Positions 46,059-56,962 of a stretch of 64,000 nucleotides of DNA are shown in pieces. The notes under the pieces were generated by a model. The model was not told the origin of the DNA and made no database searches. It saw only the letters and a list, made by a program, of their open reading frames with translations. Source of the DNA: Candidatus Collierbacteria bacterium UBA2277. Lineage in GTDB: Bacteria > Patescibacteriota > Microgenomatia > UBA1400 > MFAQ01. Both the position numbers and the translations under genes were made by a program. Location of the stretch: assembly GCA_002347045.1 (NCBI GenBank), contig DDWV01000001.1, positions 223,381 through 287,380 on the forward strand, given 5' to 3'. Numbering within the stretch: position 1 is the first letter of the stretch; every line of letters begins with the position of its first letter.

Positions 46059-46702
46059 TTACTAATCATAGCAAAAGGGGTTTTTAATAAGATATATAGA
46101 TCATAAATGATAGAGCGACGCTGAGCATAATCGGCGTCGATGGCCACTCTTTGATTCCAAGGAATTTCGTTTCTTCCAGAAACCTGCCACGGACCAGTGA
46201 TACCTGGCTTGGCAGAAAGGCTTTTTTTAATTAAACCTTTTACGTTTTTGCCATAGCGTTTTTTGGCGTCTTCTAGCTCAGGTTTAACGTAAGCTCTTGG
46301 ACCAACAAGGCTCATTTCTCCAGAAAGAACATTAAACACTTGAGGCATTTCGTCGATACTTGTTTGGCGTAGTATTCTCCCTAACTTTGTAATACGAGGA
46401 TCTTCATTTATTTCTAGCTTCCAGCCATTCCGTTTGTATTTTTCAAATATCTCGGGGTTTGCCTTCCAAAACTCAACTGCATGAGCTGCTTTACCCGCCA
46501 CTTCAAACATCTTCATAGATCGAAACTTAAACATATTGAACTTTTTACCGTTTTTCCCAACTCTTTCTGGCTTGTAAAGAATTGGCCCTTTAGAGTCAAG
46601 ACTAATTAGGATTGGAATTATTATCCAGATTGGAAGAAACAAAACGGCTAGAATTGCTGACCCAATAATATCAATCAATCTTTTGATAAAGTCGTAAAAC
46701 AT
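46052..46702 (-). CDS. Initiating phosphoglycosyl transferase (bacterial sugar transferase, PglC/WbaP C-terminal-domain type)
   Basis: Single TM helix, 'KFRSM' and 'SIDEMPQVFNVLSGEMSLVGPRA' motifs. Confidence 0.8.
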   Translation of the reverse strand: MFYDFIKRLIDIIGSAILAVLFLPIWIIIPILISLDSKGPILYKPERVGKNGKKFNMFKFRSMKMFEVAGKAAHAVEFWKANPEIFEKYKRNGWKLEINEDPRITKLGRILRQTSIDEMPQVFNVLSGEMSLVGPRAYVKPELEDAKKRYGKNVKGLIKKSLSAKPGITGPWQVSGRNEIPWNQRVAIDADYAQRRSIIYDLYILLKTPFAMISKW

Positions 46703-46789
46703 ATTTTTAGGTCTTAGGCTAGATACTTATGATTATTTTAATAGTGATTATTTGAGTATACAAACAAAGCGACCAGCACACTTGATTGT

Positions 46790-47830
46790 TTGTATATAAT
46801 ACTTTATATGATACCAGTAATAATCTGTGGAGGTGTAGGGTCAAAGATGTGGCCTCTTAGCAGTCCTAGCCTCCCCAAGCACTTTTTACCGCTTATCAAA
46901 GGTAAGTCTTTGTTTGAGTTAAACTGGGAAGTGTTAAGGACAAGGTTTGAGGCAGACAAAATCTATTTACAGACAAACGCCGAACAGGCAAAGATAGCCA
47001 AGAAAATAGTTCCAGAGATAGTAAAAGAAAACATATTTATCGAACCCGAGTCCAGAAACCAAGGTCCAGCAACTGGCTTAGCTGCCGCTTTTCTTGCCAA
47101 AAAGGGTCTAAACAAGGAACCTTTTTTCCTTATTCAAGTGGATAATTTAAGGATTCCAGGAGAAAACATCTTTAAAATGATGAACCTGGCTGAAAAGCTG
47201 GCTAAGAAAACTGATAAGTATATTACCGGAGGTTTTGTCCCTGACAGATTTATCAAAGGAGTAGATTTTCTTCTTGAGGGAGACCTGGTTGATACAGAAA
47301 ATGGGGTGAAAATTTTTAAGGTGGCTGAGTATGTGGGAAGAGATGAGACAGAAAAGATAGAAAACAACCTATCTTCCGGAAAACTATTGGTACACGCCAA
47401 TCACAGTTGTATGACCCCGGACAACATGCTTAAGATGTTTAAGGAGTATAGACCAGACTGGTACGAACCACTAAAGCGAATAATTGAGGGTGCCGATGTA
47501 GCTCTAGAGTATGCAAAAATGCCAAAGGGAGCGATTGAAGAAATAACCCAACAGGTTCATGCAAAGGGAAATTCTTTAGTGATTGAGCTTCCATTTGAGT
47601 GGACCGATTTTGGAACCTGGGAGAGCTTGGAAAAATATTATCAAGCAAATAACATTGAACCCAAAAATGGTGAGGTTGTTGAGGTGGAAGCAAAAAATAA
47701 TTTTTGCGTCAGTGACAACAAAAAGAAGATCGCCATTATTGGCTTAGACAATATTATTGTTATTGAAGGTAAAGATGGAGTATTGATTTGTCGAAAAGAT
47801 CTAAGTGGAAGAGTCGGTGAAGTAGTCTAA
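46790..47830 (+). CDS. Sugar-1-phosphate nucleotidyltransferase, mannose-1-phosphate guanylyltransferase-like
   Basis: 'MIPVIICGGVGSKMWPLS' G-loop. Confidence 0.7.
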   Translation: MYIILYMIPVIICGGVGSKMWPLSSPSLPKHFLPLIKGKSLFELNWEVLRTRFEADKIYLQTNAEQAKIAKKIVPEIVKENIFIEPESRNQGPATGLAAAFLAKKGLNKEPFFLIQVDNLRIPGENIFKMMNLAEKLAKKTDKYITGGFVPDRFIKGVDFLLEGDLVDTENGVKIFKVAEYVGRDETEKIENNLSSGKLLVHANHSCMTPDNMLKMFKEYRPDWYEPLKRIIEGADVALEYAKMPKGAIEEITQQVHAKGNSLVIELPFEWTDFGTWESLEKYYQANNIEPKNGEVVEVEAKNNFCVSDNKKKIAIIGLDNIIVIEGKDGVLICRKDLSGRVGEVV

Positions 47831-48904
47831 GCAAAAAGATTTAATCTTTGACGAAAAAATATCAATAAAGGATTTTTCGTTGAAACGTAATGCGTTTTTG
47901 TTGCAGTCTCTGGGAGAAATATTCATTTTTTCGAATTTGAGGACTGCTAGAGAAAGAGATTTTACATTTTGAAAGCTGAAGAATACCCCAGTTTTCTTAT
48001 CCACGACTGTTTCAAGAGCACCTCCCTGACCAAAAGCGATTACTGGTGTACCACAAGCTTGGGCTTCAATTGGAACTAGACCAAAGTCTTCTTCTTGAGG
48101 AAAAATTACAGCCTTGGCATGAGAGTAGTAATCAATTAGTTGAGTGTCGTTGATACCTCCCACAAACTTGATATTAGGACCAGACATTTTTTTTAGTCTA
48201 GAGTACTCTGACCCTGTGCCAACTATGATTAACGGTTTATTTAATTTATTGAATGCTGATATTGCTAGGTCAACCTTTTTGTATGGCACCAATCTAGACA
48301 CTACGAGATAGTACATTCTGTCTAAACTAGAAACTAATTTTTTTGGGTAAAATTTATCTTCAATTGATGGATAAATTACCGATGATTCACGATGATAGTA
48401 CTTCTTAATTCTCTCTTTAACTTCATTTGAAATGGCAATGTACTTATCTGGTCTTTTGGATATGAGTAAATCTACTGTTCGGAAATAACTAAGTAACCAT
48501 TGAGGAGTAATTTTCAGTTTCCAGTCTTTTTTGTACTCTCCTGTTCCGCTCCAGTAGTATCGAGTTGGAGTAAGGCAGTAACAAACGTGCAACTGACCCG
48601 GTTTTGTAACGACAGCCTTTGCATCGCTACTCGTAATGGAAATAACTACGTCAAAGCCAGATAGATCTAGTGCTTCAAAGGCCATCGGGGCCAAAGGAGC
48701 TAAGAGTTCATGACGATTTCTAAAGAAGAGAAAGCTGTTTAAAAAGGTTGCCCTTACTTTAAATACATTTGCCCAAGAAGAAGTCTTTGGCTTGTATACA
48801 AGAGTGAACAAAGGAGCTTCCGGAAATATTTTGTGAAGTGAAAGAAGTACTCTTTCAGCTCCCCCAAACTTATTGACCCTATCGTATACAAGAGCAACTT
48901 TCAT
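47801..48904 (-). CDS. Family 4 glycosyltransferase
   Basis: 'EEDFGLVPIEAQACGTPVIAF'. Confidence 0.7.
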   Translation of the reverse strand: MKVALVYDRVNKFGGAERVLLSLHKIFPEAPLFTLVYKPKTSSWANVFKVRATFLNSFLFFRNRHELLAPLAPMAFEALDLSGFDVVISITSSDAKAVVTKPGQLHVCYCLTPTRYYWSGTGEYKKDWKLKITPQWLLSYFRTVDLLISKRPDKYIAISNEVKERIKKYYHRESSVIYPSIEDKFYPKKLVSSLDRMYYLVVSRLVPYKKVDLAISAFNKLNKPLIIVGTGSEYSRLKKMSGPNIKFVGGINDTQLIDYYSHAKAVIFPQEEDFGLVPIEAQACGTPVIAFGQGGALETVVDKKTGVFFSFQNVKSLSLAVLKFEKMNISPRDCNKNALRFNEKSFIDIFSSKIKSFCLDYFTDSST

Positions 48905-50040
48905 TTCTTAATTGCTTTTTTATATACAGAAAGCGTTTTTTCTACCATTCTTACCCAGGAATACTTTCGTTGCTGAAGGTACCCCTTGGCAGAGTACTCT
49001 TCACGAAGTGTTTGATCCTTTATAAATACTTCTAAGCAGGAAACTAAGTCATCAACACTATCTGGATTAAAATAGAGTGCAGCATCTCCGTAGACCTCAG
49101 GCAAACAGCTGGCGTTAGAAGAAATTACGGGGAGACCAACTCCCATGGCTTCCAAGCCGGTTAAGCCAAAACCTTCCATCTTGCTTGGATGCACAAGGGC
49201 AAGAGCCAGGCTGTAAAGCTCTGATACTTTTTCGTCTGGAACGAAGCCAAGAAGCTTTATCCATTTTTGGAGGTTCTCTTTTTCGATTTTGTCTTTTAAT
49301 CTTTGCCAAAAAACAGAACGCGAACAGACAAGGGCAAGTTGCAAATCGACTTCTCGGTTGATATTGTGTTTTTCAATGGCTCTGATAAGAATCTCAACAT
49401 TTTTATGTGGATAAACACTTCCAGTGTAAACAATAAAGGGCCTTGAAAGATGGTATTCTTTTAGAACTTTCTTTTTCTTTTCTTCAGAAAGAGCAATCTC
49501 TTTTATTGAGTCACCCGCAGCCTCATAAGTTACAGTTATTTTTTTTGATGAAATTCCTAAACGTTTACTAACGTCGTTTTTGACATACTCTGAAGGGACA
49601 ATGATGTGTACAGATCGTTTTGCGATTAGACTGGTGAGAAATAGATATCCAAGACGCTTAATTGAGTAAAGCCACTGATGATGAGTAGTTGTGGCTGATC
49701 CCTTTGAGTCATGTTTTATAAGATCGTGGATAGTAAGAAGTAGTTTCCCCGGGTATAAAAGGGGGGCATTGAAATGCGGGACATGAAGTATGTCAAGATT
49801 TTGTCTAGCAAATATTATTGGAAGTATTAACTGTTCGGAGAAACTATATATTGGGATATTGGTGACAACAACTGTTAGTCTCTTTTTGTTTTTAAACTCT
49901 TTTGAGTGGTTTGAGTTTACAAACAAAACATAGTGGTTCTTTTTGTCTTGTACTAGAAGATTATCGACCAACTTCATGACGTAACGGCCCAGACCAGCAT
50001 GTTCAAGTCCGTATAACCGTGCGTCAATACCAATTCGCAT
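48901..50040 (-). CDS. Family 4 glycosyltransferase
   Basis: 'EGFGLTGLEAMGVGLPVISS'. Confidence 0.7.
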   Translation of the reverse strand: MRIGIDARLYGLEHAGLGRYVMKLVDNLLVQDKKNHYVLFVNSNHSKEFKNKKRLTVVVTNIPIYSFSEQLILPIIFARQNLDILHVPHFNAPLLYPGKLLLTIHDLIKHDSKGSATTTHHQWLYSIKRLGYLFLTSLIAKRSVHIIVPSEYVKNDVSKRLGISSKKITVTYEAAGDSIKEIALSEEKKKKVLKEYHLSRPFIVYTGSVYPHKNVEILIRAIEKHNINREVDLQLALVCSRSVFWQRLKDKIEKENLQKWIKLLGFVPDEKVSELYSLALALVHPSKMEGFGLTGLEAMGVGLPVISSNASCLPEVYGDAALYFNPDSVDDLVSCLEVFIKDQTLREEYSAKGYLQQRKYSWVRMVEKTLSVYKKAIKK

Positions 50041-50958
50041 TTATTTACTTAATTTATATTTCAAAACTCTTATCTTTCCCTTGACTGCAATTCCAACTAG
50101 TACTAAGGCTGTAACAAAAAAAGGATAGCGCTTACTATAAAACTTCTTGTAGAAAATTTTCCATGCATCTGCAGATGACTTGGCAATTTTAATTTTGTTT
50201 GCTTTGGAAGAGGCTGTTGATTTGGAGTTTTCTTTTCTGAGGCCTGAGCTGGCTCCACGTAAGTGAAGAGTGCTTACCTTTGGATAGTAAATTATTTTGT
50301 ATCCAGCCTCATTAATACGATAACAGAGATCGATATCTTCACCGTAGAAAAAATATGTCTCATCCCACATACCAATGTCTCTAAACAGTTTTGTTGGCAT
50401 CATCATATATGAACCGGCAGCAACCGGAATTTGATGTATTTTGTTTAGTTTTTGGAAGCCAAGATGGTAGCTATTGAAGAATGTTGACTGTGGAAATAAC
50501 TTGGCTAGGCCTGTAAACTTGGAAATTGAGGCCCAGGGGGTTGGATATCCTCGATGATTGTCGAAGTCTATGGTGCCATCTTTGAGATAAAGCTTGATAG
50601 TGATGGCGCCAACTTTTGGATGAGTCCTAAGATACTTTAGTGGCTTTACAAGGCTATATCTTTTGACTACGGTGTCGGAGTTTAGGAATAGAACATACCT
50701 TGCGTCTGAAGCTTCAACGCCAACATTGTTTGCCTTGGCAAAACCAAGATTTTCTGAGTTCTTAATACCCAAAACTGCCGGATACTTTTTGGCGACCATT
50801 TCCATAGACTCATCAACAGAAGCATTGTCTACAACTATTACTTGTAGTCCCCCTTTGGGAGAGTCTGCTCGAAAGACCGATTCCAAACAGTCATCTAGAA
50901 GCTGTTTTGTGTTGTAATTGACAATAACAATTGCGAGTTCGTTTTTGTATTTTTTCAT
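50041..50958 (-). CDS. Family 2 glycosyltransferase
   Basis: '[20 protein letters not shown]...[10 protein letters not shown]...LFLNSDT'. Confidence 0.7.
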   Translation of the reverse strand: MKKYKNELAIVIVNYNTKQLLDDCLESVFRADSPKGGLQVIVVDNASVDESMEMVAKKYPAVLGIKNSENLGFAKANNVGVEASDARYVLFLNSDTVVKRYSLVKPLKYLRTHPKVGAITIKLYLKDGTIDFDNHRGYPTPWASISKFTGLAKLFPQSTFFNSYHLGFQKLNKIHQIPVAAGSYMMMPTKLFRDIGMWDETYFFYGEDIDLCYRINEAGYKIIYYPKVSTLHLRGASSGLRKENSKSTASSKANKIKIAKSSADAWKIFYKKFYSKRYPFFVTALVLVGIAVKGKIRVLKYKLSK

Positions 50959-52160
50959 TTTGTTCCTAGTTTTTGATAAATTGAGTCCAAGCTTACTGCA
51001 ATTTTACGCCAATCAAAGCTTTCTTCAACATGATTTCTTGTGGTTAAGGCTAATTTTTGCGCCAGTTTGGGTGATTTAATAACTTTTATAATTAAATCAG
51101 CGATTTTTTTGGGCGAATTGCCAATTAAAACATGGACTTTGTCTTTAACCTTTAGCCCTTCAACTCCCACTTTGGTAGAGACAATTGGTAGTTGGCTGGC
51201 CATAGCAGCAAGGTTCTTTAGGCGTGTACCGCCTGGACCTTTTATGGTTGACGCAAAAACAGAAGAGTCATGATAGGCTTTGACTAAACTATCAACGTCG
51301 TTGTCGGCGATTTCTTTTATTGTGATACCCTTTCTCCCTGACGCATGGTCTTTGATATCTTGAGTGATGTGCTGACCGAGAATCAGTAGTTTAGACTTGG
51401 GAAGAGATTTTTTTACAAGAGGAAATACGTCTTTAATTAATACATGAGCTGCTTCAATATTTTGAAGCCATTTGAAGTTACTTACAAACAGAATAGTGGA
51501 CTCTTTGGAGTTCCAGTCAGTTTTCTTTTTAAAAAGATCTAGATTAACTCCGTTTGGTACGATTTCAACCGACAAGTTGGGCTCGAGTTTGTTCATTTCT
51601 TTTTTGTCAGCTTCTGAGACTGCAATAACCTGATCTGCCCTTCGCCAATAGAAGCGTTCTGAGTGTTTTAGCTTCTCCACATCAATCTGAAGCAACGGTC
51701 GGATGTACCAAGGGGCTGTTTCATTAACATAGTGCTGATAAACTAAATACTCAATTGTTTGGTCTACTAGAATTGTGGGAATATCGGTTTTTGGGAGAGA
51801 AGGCATGACATAAAAAGTCTCGGCATGAATTAGGTCATAGTCACCTGAAGCTAGCTCTTTGGCAACAGCTTCTTTTACTCCGACAGCTGAGTTTCTAACA
51901 ATTAGGAAGGGATCCAATGAAAAGCCAGTTTTTAGTATGTTTTTGAGAGTCCAGGGAGTAGCGCTCCGGGGAAAAGTCATCACTTTTTTACAGTACTTAA
52001 GCAGATGTTTGATGTTGTTGTTTTCTTTTTTATCTTTTATGAGTGAAACAAGAGTAATCTCATTATTTTTACACAAATACTTGAGTAGGTTTAGGGTTCG
52101 TATCTGCCCTCCTGAAGAGTCTGGGTATGGCAAATATGGAGTTAGCATTAATATCTTCAT
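50955..52160 (-). CDS. Family 4 glycosyltransferase
   Basis: '[21 protein letters not shown]' GT4 N-terminal domain and C-terminal GT1 domain. Confidence 0.7.
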   Translation of the reverse strand: MKILMLTPYLPYPDSSGGQIRTLNLLKYLCKNNEITLVSLIKDKKENNNIKHLLKYCKKVMTFPRSATPWTLKNILKTGFSLDPFLIVRNSAVGVKEAVAKELASGDYDLIHAETFYVMPSLPKTDIPTILVDQTIEYLVYQHYVNETAPWYIRPLLQIDVEKLKHSERFYWRRADQVIAVSEADKKEMNKLEPNLSVEIVPNGVNLDLFKKKTDWNSKESTILFVSNFKWLQNIEAAHVLIKDVFPLVKKSLPKSKLLILGQHITQDIKDHASGRKGITIKEIADNDVDSLVKAYHDSSVFASTIKGPGGTRLKNLAAMASQLPIVSTKVGVEGLKVKDKVHVLIGNSPKKIADLIIKVIKSPKLAQKLALTTRNHVEESFDWRKIAVSLDSIYQKLGTK

Positions 52161-53593
52161 TTGGTTTTTGGTTCTAACTTGATAATGACGTACTTGTCTG
52201 TTTTTTCTATTACTTGGTATTTTTTCTCGAGATCATGCATCTCATCGTCAAAGTTTACACTAGCATAATATGTAGCTCCCTGATCAATATGTTTTTGGAT
52301 ATCATAACCAAGAGGCCAACCAGAACGGTGAGTTTGATACAGAAATGCAGTATCACCATTGTAGGGGGCAATTACTTTTGCGTCTTTGGGTGTAAGTCGG
52401 TCAATGGCTTGTCCAGCCTCGATAATTACCGGATTGTTGATCTGATAATAACCTTTTATGTCGTACCAAGAAACCAACAGCATGCCAACAAAGATAGTAA
52501 CTGTGGCAAAAAGCGTTAGGAAGCGTGAGTATGTGGCTTTTGGTAAATTTGCAAAAAGTAAAACACCTTTTGCTAAGACAAGGCACAAGAATGGAACAAT
52601 TGTGGCTTGATAGTAATCATGACGAACACTACCATCAGCTACTACAACAAAATAAATTAATACACCTATTGCCCATAACCAGTATGTAAGACCTTCTTTT
52701 TTGGGTTTTGATATCAAGCCGAGTATTAGAAAGATTGTGCCATATACACCCAGAATAAGCTTTCCAATTCGTTCACTAAACAACCATCTAAACCAAGCTG
52801 GTCTAAGGCGAATTCCGTAGTAGTTGAGTAAACCTACGCTTACGGGAATGCCTTCGGGATAAAGTTGAATGTGCTGTCTCCACAGATAAAATGGGATCAA
52901 CGAGATAAATGCATAGACGACAATATCAATAAAATTAATTTCTTTTTTCACTAGAGTCCTAAAGATAATGGCAAGATGAGGAAGAGTAAAAAACAAGGCA
53001 TATGGCTTCACCAGTATTGAAACAGCCAAAAGCAAGGCGCTTAGAAAAAAATAGATCCTTTTCTTTGTACCCAGATTATCAACCGTTTGTAAAAGAAACC
53101 AAAAGGATCCCAAGAAAGTAGCTATCATCAACGGCTCCGGAAGAATCACCCTTGAGTAAAAAATATTAAAAGGAAGAACTGCCATGAACAAGGCAGCGAT
53201 TAGGCCTGTCTTGTATCCAGATAATTTCTTTCCAATAAGGTAGACGAAAATTATTGAGACTAGAGAAATTATTACCGATGTTAGTCTGCCTGATTTGTCG
53301 ATTCCCCAGGCTGGATAAGCCTTGTAAACCGCTAGATGCAGTCCATTGTAGAGCGGCATCTCTACCATGCGATATCCGCCCGGATTATCAAAGCCTGACT
53401 GGATGTTGGATACGTCGTGATAAGTTGGGACAAAAATATTTAGACCTTTCTCGGAAAAATTTCGGGTAACCGAGGCAGTGTCAGCTTGACGAAAAGAGTG
53501 CCAGTCTGCAACAGGATTGTCTATCTTGTAAAGCCTGAGAAACAAAGCTAGTACTAAAATTGAAAAAAGGACTAAAGGTTTAACTATTTTCAT
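52157..53593 (-). CDS. GT-C fold membrane glycosyltransferase, PMT_2/ArnT-like (second copy)
   Basis: 478 aa, multi-TM, first-loop motif 'DNPVADWHSFRQADTA' and downstream PMT-like segment. Confidence 0.55.
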   Translation of the reverse strand: MKIVKPLVLFSILVLALFLRLYKIDNPVADWHSFRQADTASVTRNFSEKGLNIFVPTYHDVSNIQSGFDNPGGYRMVEMPLYNGLHLAVYKAYPAWGIDKSGRLTSVIISLVSIIFVYLIGKKLSGYKTGLIAALFMAVLPFNIFYSRVILPEPLMIATFLGSFWFLLQTVDNLGTKKRIYFFLSALLLAVSILVKPYALFFTLPHLAIIFRTLVKKEINFIDIVVYAFISLIPFYLWRQHIQLYPEGIPVSVGLLNYYGIRLRPAWFRWLFSERIGKLILGVYGTIFLILGLISKPKKEGLTYWLWAIGVLIYFVVVADGSVRHDYYQATIVPFLCLVLAKGVLLFANLPKATYSRFLTLFATVTIFVGMLLVSWYDIKGYYQINNPVIIEAGQAIDRLTPKDAKVIAPYNGDTAFLYQTHRSGWPLGYDIQKHIDQGATYYASVNFDDEMHDLEKKYQVIEKTDKYVIIKLEPKTK

Positions 53594-54921
53594 GATTTTG
53601 TACTGAGTGCTAATCCCATGTATGCCCAGAAGAGTATCGCAATCTTGCTGGCTTCAAAAACATCAAGAAATATCGCGGTAGTTGCGAAAGAGAGCAAGAT
53701 ACCAATCGCTGAGATAGTGAAAAGTTTGTCCATTCCCTTTTGACCAGTAAGGTTGTTTTTTAACTTTAAGAAAAGCCCAGCCAGTATTGACAGGAAAGCC
53801 ATCAGTCCTAGAAGACCAGTTTCACCTAGAGATCTTAGATAATCATTGTCTGTGGCTAGACCCAGTGAGGAAAACCCTGTGCCAAAAAGAGGATTTTTGT
53901 AAAAAGACCGAAGAGACATAGGCCACTCTACGTCTAACCTGATACTGGTAGAGGTGTCTTGCTGGATAGAGCGAAGAGCTTCTGTTGGCACTGCTGTAGG
54001 CGTTGCTGTAGGAGATGGTAAGACTGTTGCGTAAACTGGTTTTGCGATATGTACTTCAGAAGTAAAAACCTTAATGATAGACATAAATCGGCCTATGAAA
54101 GAGGGAGAGGTGATCACAAACAGCGACAAAACAATCATTAGGAAAAGACCCAAGAAATACTGACGATAAAGATAACAAATTGTGGCTACAGACAAGAATA
54201 AGCCAAAGAGAGCGATTCTGGATCCGGCTTGCATAAACATCCAAAGAATTGCTAAAAAGAAAATAAAGATAGGAACACGAGTCAGCCATTTTTTTAGTTG
54301 ACAGAGAATAGCTGTAAGGAAAGAAAGAATCATCATAAAATATACTGCAAGGTCATAGTGTCCTGCAAAAGTACTAGACAAAGGAACCCCAGGGCGAAGT
54401 GTCAATGCCATTCCCTTACTTGCTTCGGCATCCATAGTAGATATTACAGGCGCCTTGAAATAAATTTGGGCTAAACCATAAAGAAAGACCCCAATAGCAG
54501 CACAAAGACTAATCTCAAGGAAGTATTTTCTTGTGGCTTGGTCTTTACTTGCCCATAAGACTAAAAAGAAGATTGAAAAATACTCAACTCGACGGAATAA
54601 ATGAAGTGCGGCAACCGATGGAACGATATTTTTTGTAATCAATAAGGCTGAGATCAACGAAAAGGTGCCTATTAGAAGATAAACACCGATCTGAAGCCAC
54701 AAGGGTGGTGTTTTTATTTTTTTAACAAAGAGAAGTCGAAGAAAAAATATCAGCCAGACTGAGGCAATAAGAAAATCTTCTGCTCTGATCTGTACATAAG
54801 TAAAAGGAACCGTAAACAAAGGAAACTTTGGATAAAGCGGTATAAAAATTAGTACTGCGGCAACAGAGTACTTAAAAAATGAGTCCAAGAGCCTGTGTGT
54901 ATGCACTTTTAGCTTTTTCAT
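53590..54921 (-). CDS. O-antigen ligase/polymerase-like (Wzy_C) membrane protein (second copy)
   Basis: 443 aa, about 11 TM helices, Thr/Pro-rich periplasmic loop. It is adjacent to the GT-C gene. Confidence 0.5.
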   Translation of the reverse strand: MKKLKVHTHRLLDSFFKYSVAAVLIFIPLYPKFPLFTVPFTYVQIRAEDFLIASVWLIFFLRLLFVKKIKTPPLWLQIGVYLLIGTFSLISALLITKNIVPSVAALHLFRRVEYFSIFFLVLWASKDQATRKYFLEISLCAAIGVFLYGLAQIYFKAPVISTMDAEASKGMALTLRPGVPLSSTFAGHYDLAVYFMMILSFLTAILCQLKKWLTRVPIFIFFLAILWMFMQAGSRIALFGLFLSVATICYLYRQYFLGLFLMIVLSLFVITSPSFIGRFMSIIKVFTSEVHIAKPVYATVLPSPTATPTAVPTEALRSIQQDTSTSIRLDVEWPMSLRSFYKNPLFGTGFSSLGLATDNDYLRSLGETGLLGLMAFLSILAGLFLKLKNNLTGQKGMDKLFTISAIGILLSFATTAIFLDVFEASKIAILFWAYMGLALSTKS

Positions 54922-55780
54922 CTCCTTTGATTATCCCAAATATTAACAGGCGAAGCAATGAACCACATAAAAAGAAAAACTTTATGAACGGAAGCTGCCA
55001 TTTTGGCTTGTGTTTTTTCCAAAAATAAATCATGTTTTTAATCTCACTGGTAAGCGCAAAGACAGACCCCCCTGACGCTCCCCCTAAGTGGATGATCGAA
55101 GGTGAAATTTGATAAACAGTTTTGTAACCTAGCTTTCTCAGACGGAAACAAAGCTCCATTTCTTCGGTGTACATAAAGATATTTTCATCAAATCCATCTA
55201 CTTGATCGTAGACATCTTTGGGAATAATCATAAAAGCACCTGTAATCCAGTCCATTTGTCTATTCCTATTGTAAGAGGAAAGCTGCGGATGAAATGAAGG
55301 AATTAAGGAGCCGATAAAAGGCAGGTCATCGATAAAGAACTGCCAGGCAAAAACGTTTCCAAATGTGGGGAAGTGACCTCCGGAAGCCTGAACAGTTTTA
55401 TCTGCATTTAAAAGCTTGCATGAATAGACTCCAACATCGGAAAGTTTTTTGAGATTGTCTAGCGACTCTTTGATTGCGTTATCAAAAATAAGAGTATCAG
55501 AGTTTAAAAGAAGCAGATACTCACCCTTGGCTTTTTTGGCACCGAGATTATTTGCCTTGCCAAAACCTACGTTTGCCTTGGCATCAACGAAACGAACTTG
55601 GGGATATTTTTTTTCTAGTTCTTTGATACGCTCTATTGAGCCGTCTTTGGAATCATTATCTACGACGATAATTTCATAGGTAATACCCTTGGTGTATTTA
55701 ACAATCGACTTTATACAATTAGTAAGGATTTCTCGCGTGTTAAAGGAGACTGTGATTATCGAAAGGTCAAGTTTAGGCAT
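54872..55780 (-). CDS. Family 2 glycosyltransferase
   Basis: 'LSIITVSFNT...IIVVDNDSKDGS...LLLNSDT'. Confidence 0.7.
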   Translation of the reverse strand: MPKLDLSIITVSFNTREILTNCIKSIVKYTKGITYEIIVVDNDSKDGSIERIKELEKKYPQVRFVDAKANVGFGKANNLGAKKAKGEYLLLLNSDTLIFDNAIKESLDNLKKLSDVGVYSCKLLNADKTVQASGGHFPTFGNVFAWQFFIDDLPFIGSLIPSFHPQLSSYNRNRQMDWITGAFMIIPKDVYDQVDGFDENIFMYTEEMELCFRLRKLGYKTVYQISPSIIHLGGASGGSVFALTSEIKNMIYFWKKHKPKWQLPFIKFFFLCGSLLRLLIFGIIKGDEKAKSAYTQALGLIF

Positions 55781-56330
55781 ATGAAGCGATAGTTTTCTTA
55801 ACTGATTTGCTTAGCAAGTAGATTGAGGGAAAGACCAGAGTCCACACCAAAACCCTTGCCCAAGGTGAAGAGCTGGTTGGCTTTAGTGTAACTTTACTAA
55901 CAAAAGGCACTCCCCGAAATGAAATCTGGGGAATTTCTTTTTTGTCTTTGCCGGCATATCGAGGTGAGTGTGTTGGCTCCCAACCGTTTACAAAAAGAGA
56001 GCTGTGAAAAGGATAGACAATTTCTTCGAGGTAGTAGCTACTTAACTGGTCTCGAACCAAAGAGTATGACTCTTCAGGACGATAGTTTAATCTGTACGAA
56101 GGAATCTTTACTCCAAAGAGGGTAAGTGAAAACTTGGATTGCATTTCGTTGAGAACTTGTTCACGATCACTGTTTGTGTAAAAACCTTTTTGATCTGGAT
56201 GTTGCCAAGTATCACCTGGTTCATCTGACCTTTCTGCTTGTGACAATTCGGGTACTTCTGGAGTAGGAAGAAGTAAATATGAAAGGCCGATAAGATATAT
56301 GAATAGTACTATTGGCAGCTTTAGTTTCAT
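55773..56330 (-). CDS. Hypothetical protein with N- and C-terminal hydrophobic segments
   Basis: Overlaps both neighbours by 8 nt. No family recognised. Confidence 0.4.
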   Translation of the reverse strand: MKLKLPIVLFIYLIGLSYLLLPTPEVPELSQAERSDEPGDTWQHPDQKGFYTNSDREQVLNEMQSKFSLTLFGVKIPSYRLNYRPEESYSLVRDQLSSYYLEEIVYPFHSSLFVNGWEPTHSPRYAGKDKKEIPQISFRGVPFVSKVTLKPTSSSPWARVLVWTLVFPSIYLLSKSVKKTIASYA

Positions 56331-56962
56331 TGAAAAAGCCTAGCTCTCCCCAGTTTGTAATTTTGTTTTTTCAAAGGTCTTTCCCCTATTACTTTAGCCG
56401 GTACTCCGCCCACGATAGCATTTGCGGGAACATTTTTGGTGACAACTGCACCGCCAGCAACAACTGCACCATCTCCGATGGTGACTCCTGGCATAATAAT
56501 TGATCTAGGACCAATAAAAACATAACTACCTACACTGACCGGTTCTTCAATGGCTGTAAATAAAGGATCTTGGAGGTCGTGCTCCGAGTTGTAGATCATT
56601 ACTTCTGAGGCTATATCGGTATGCTTGCCGATTGTTATCTTCGCCCGGCCATCAAAAAAGGCGTGGTCGCCAATGATGGTACCTTCACCTACTTGAATGT
56701 TCTGGGGTTTGTAGAAACGTGCACCCATGTGGAAGGTTGCTCCTTTGCCGAGCTTGATACCGGCGAGAAAATAGAAAAATTTTCTTACTGTGTGGCTTGG
56801 AAAGTAGCCAACAATCCAAAGAAGGTAAAGCTCCAAGTCAAGAAAGAAGCTGAAAAATCGACCAAAAATTTTGACAAAGGCCTTGGAAACTGGTAATTTT
56901 TGATTGTTTTTGTCAAAAAAGTAAACTCCGTTGGACGATATATTTAGATTCGCTATTTTCAT
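56327..56962 (-). CDS. Hexapeptide-repeat (LbH) sugar O-acetyltransferase
   Basis: Repeated [LIV]GxxxxI hexapeptides: 'IGKHTDIASEVMI', 'IGPRSIIMPGVTIGDGAVVAGGAVV'. Confidence 0.75.
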   Translation of the reverse strand: MKIANLNISSNGVYFFDKNNQKLPVSKAFVKIFGRFFSFFLDLELYLLWIVGYFPSHTVRKFFYFLAGIKLGKGATFHMGARFYKPQNIQVGEGTIIGDHAFFDGRAKITIGKHTDIASEVMIYNSEHDLQDPLFTAIEEPVSVGSYVFIGPRSIIMPGVTIGDGAVVAGGAVVTKNVPANAIVGGVPAKVIGERPLKKQNYKLGRARLFQ

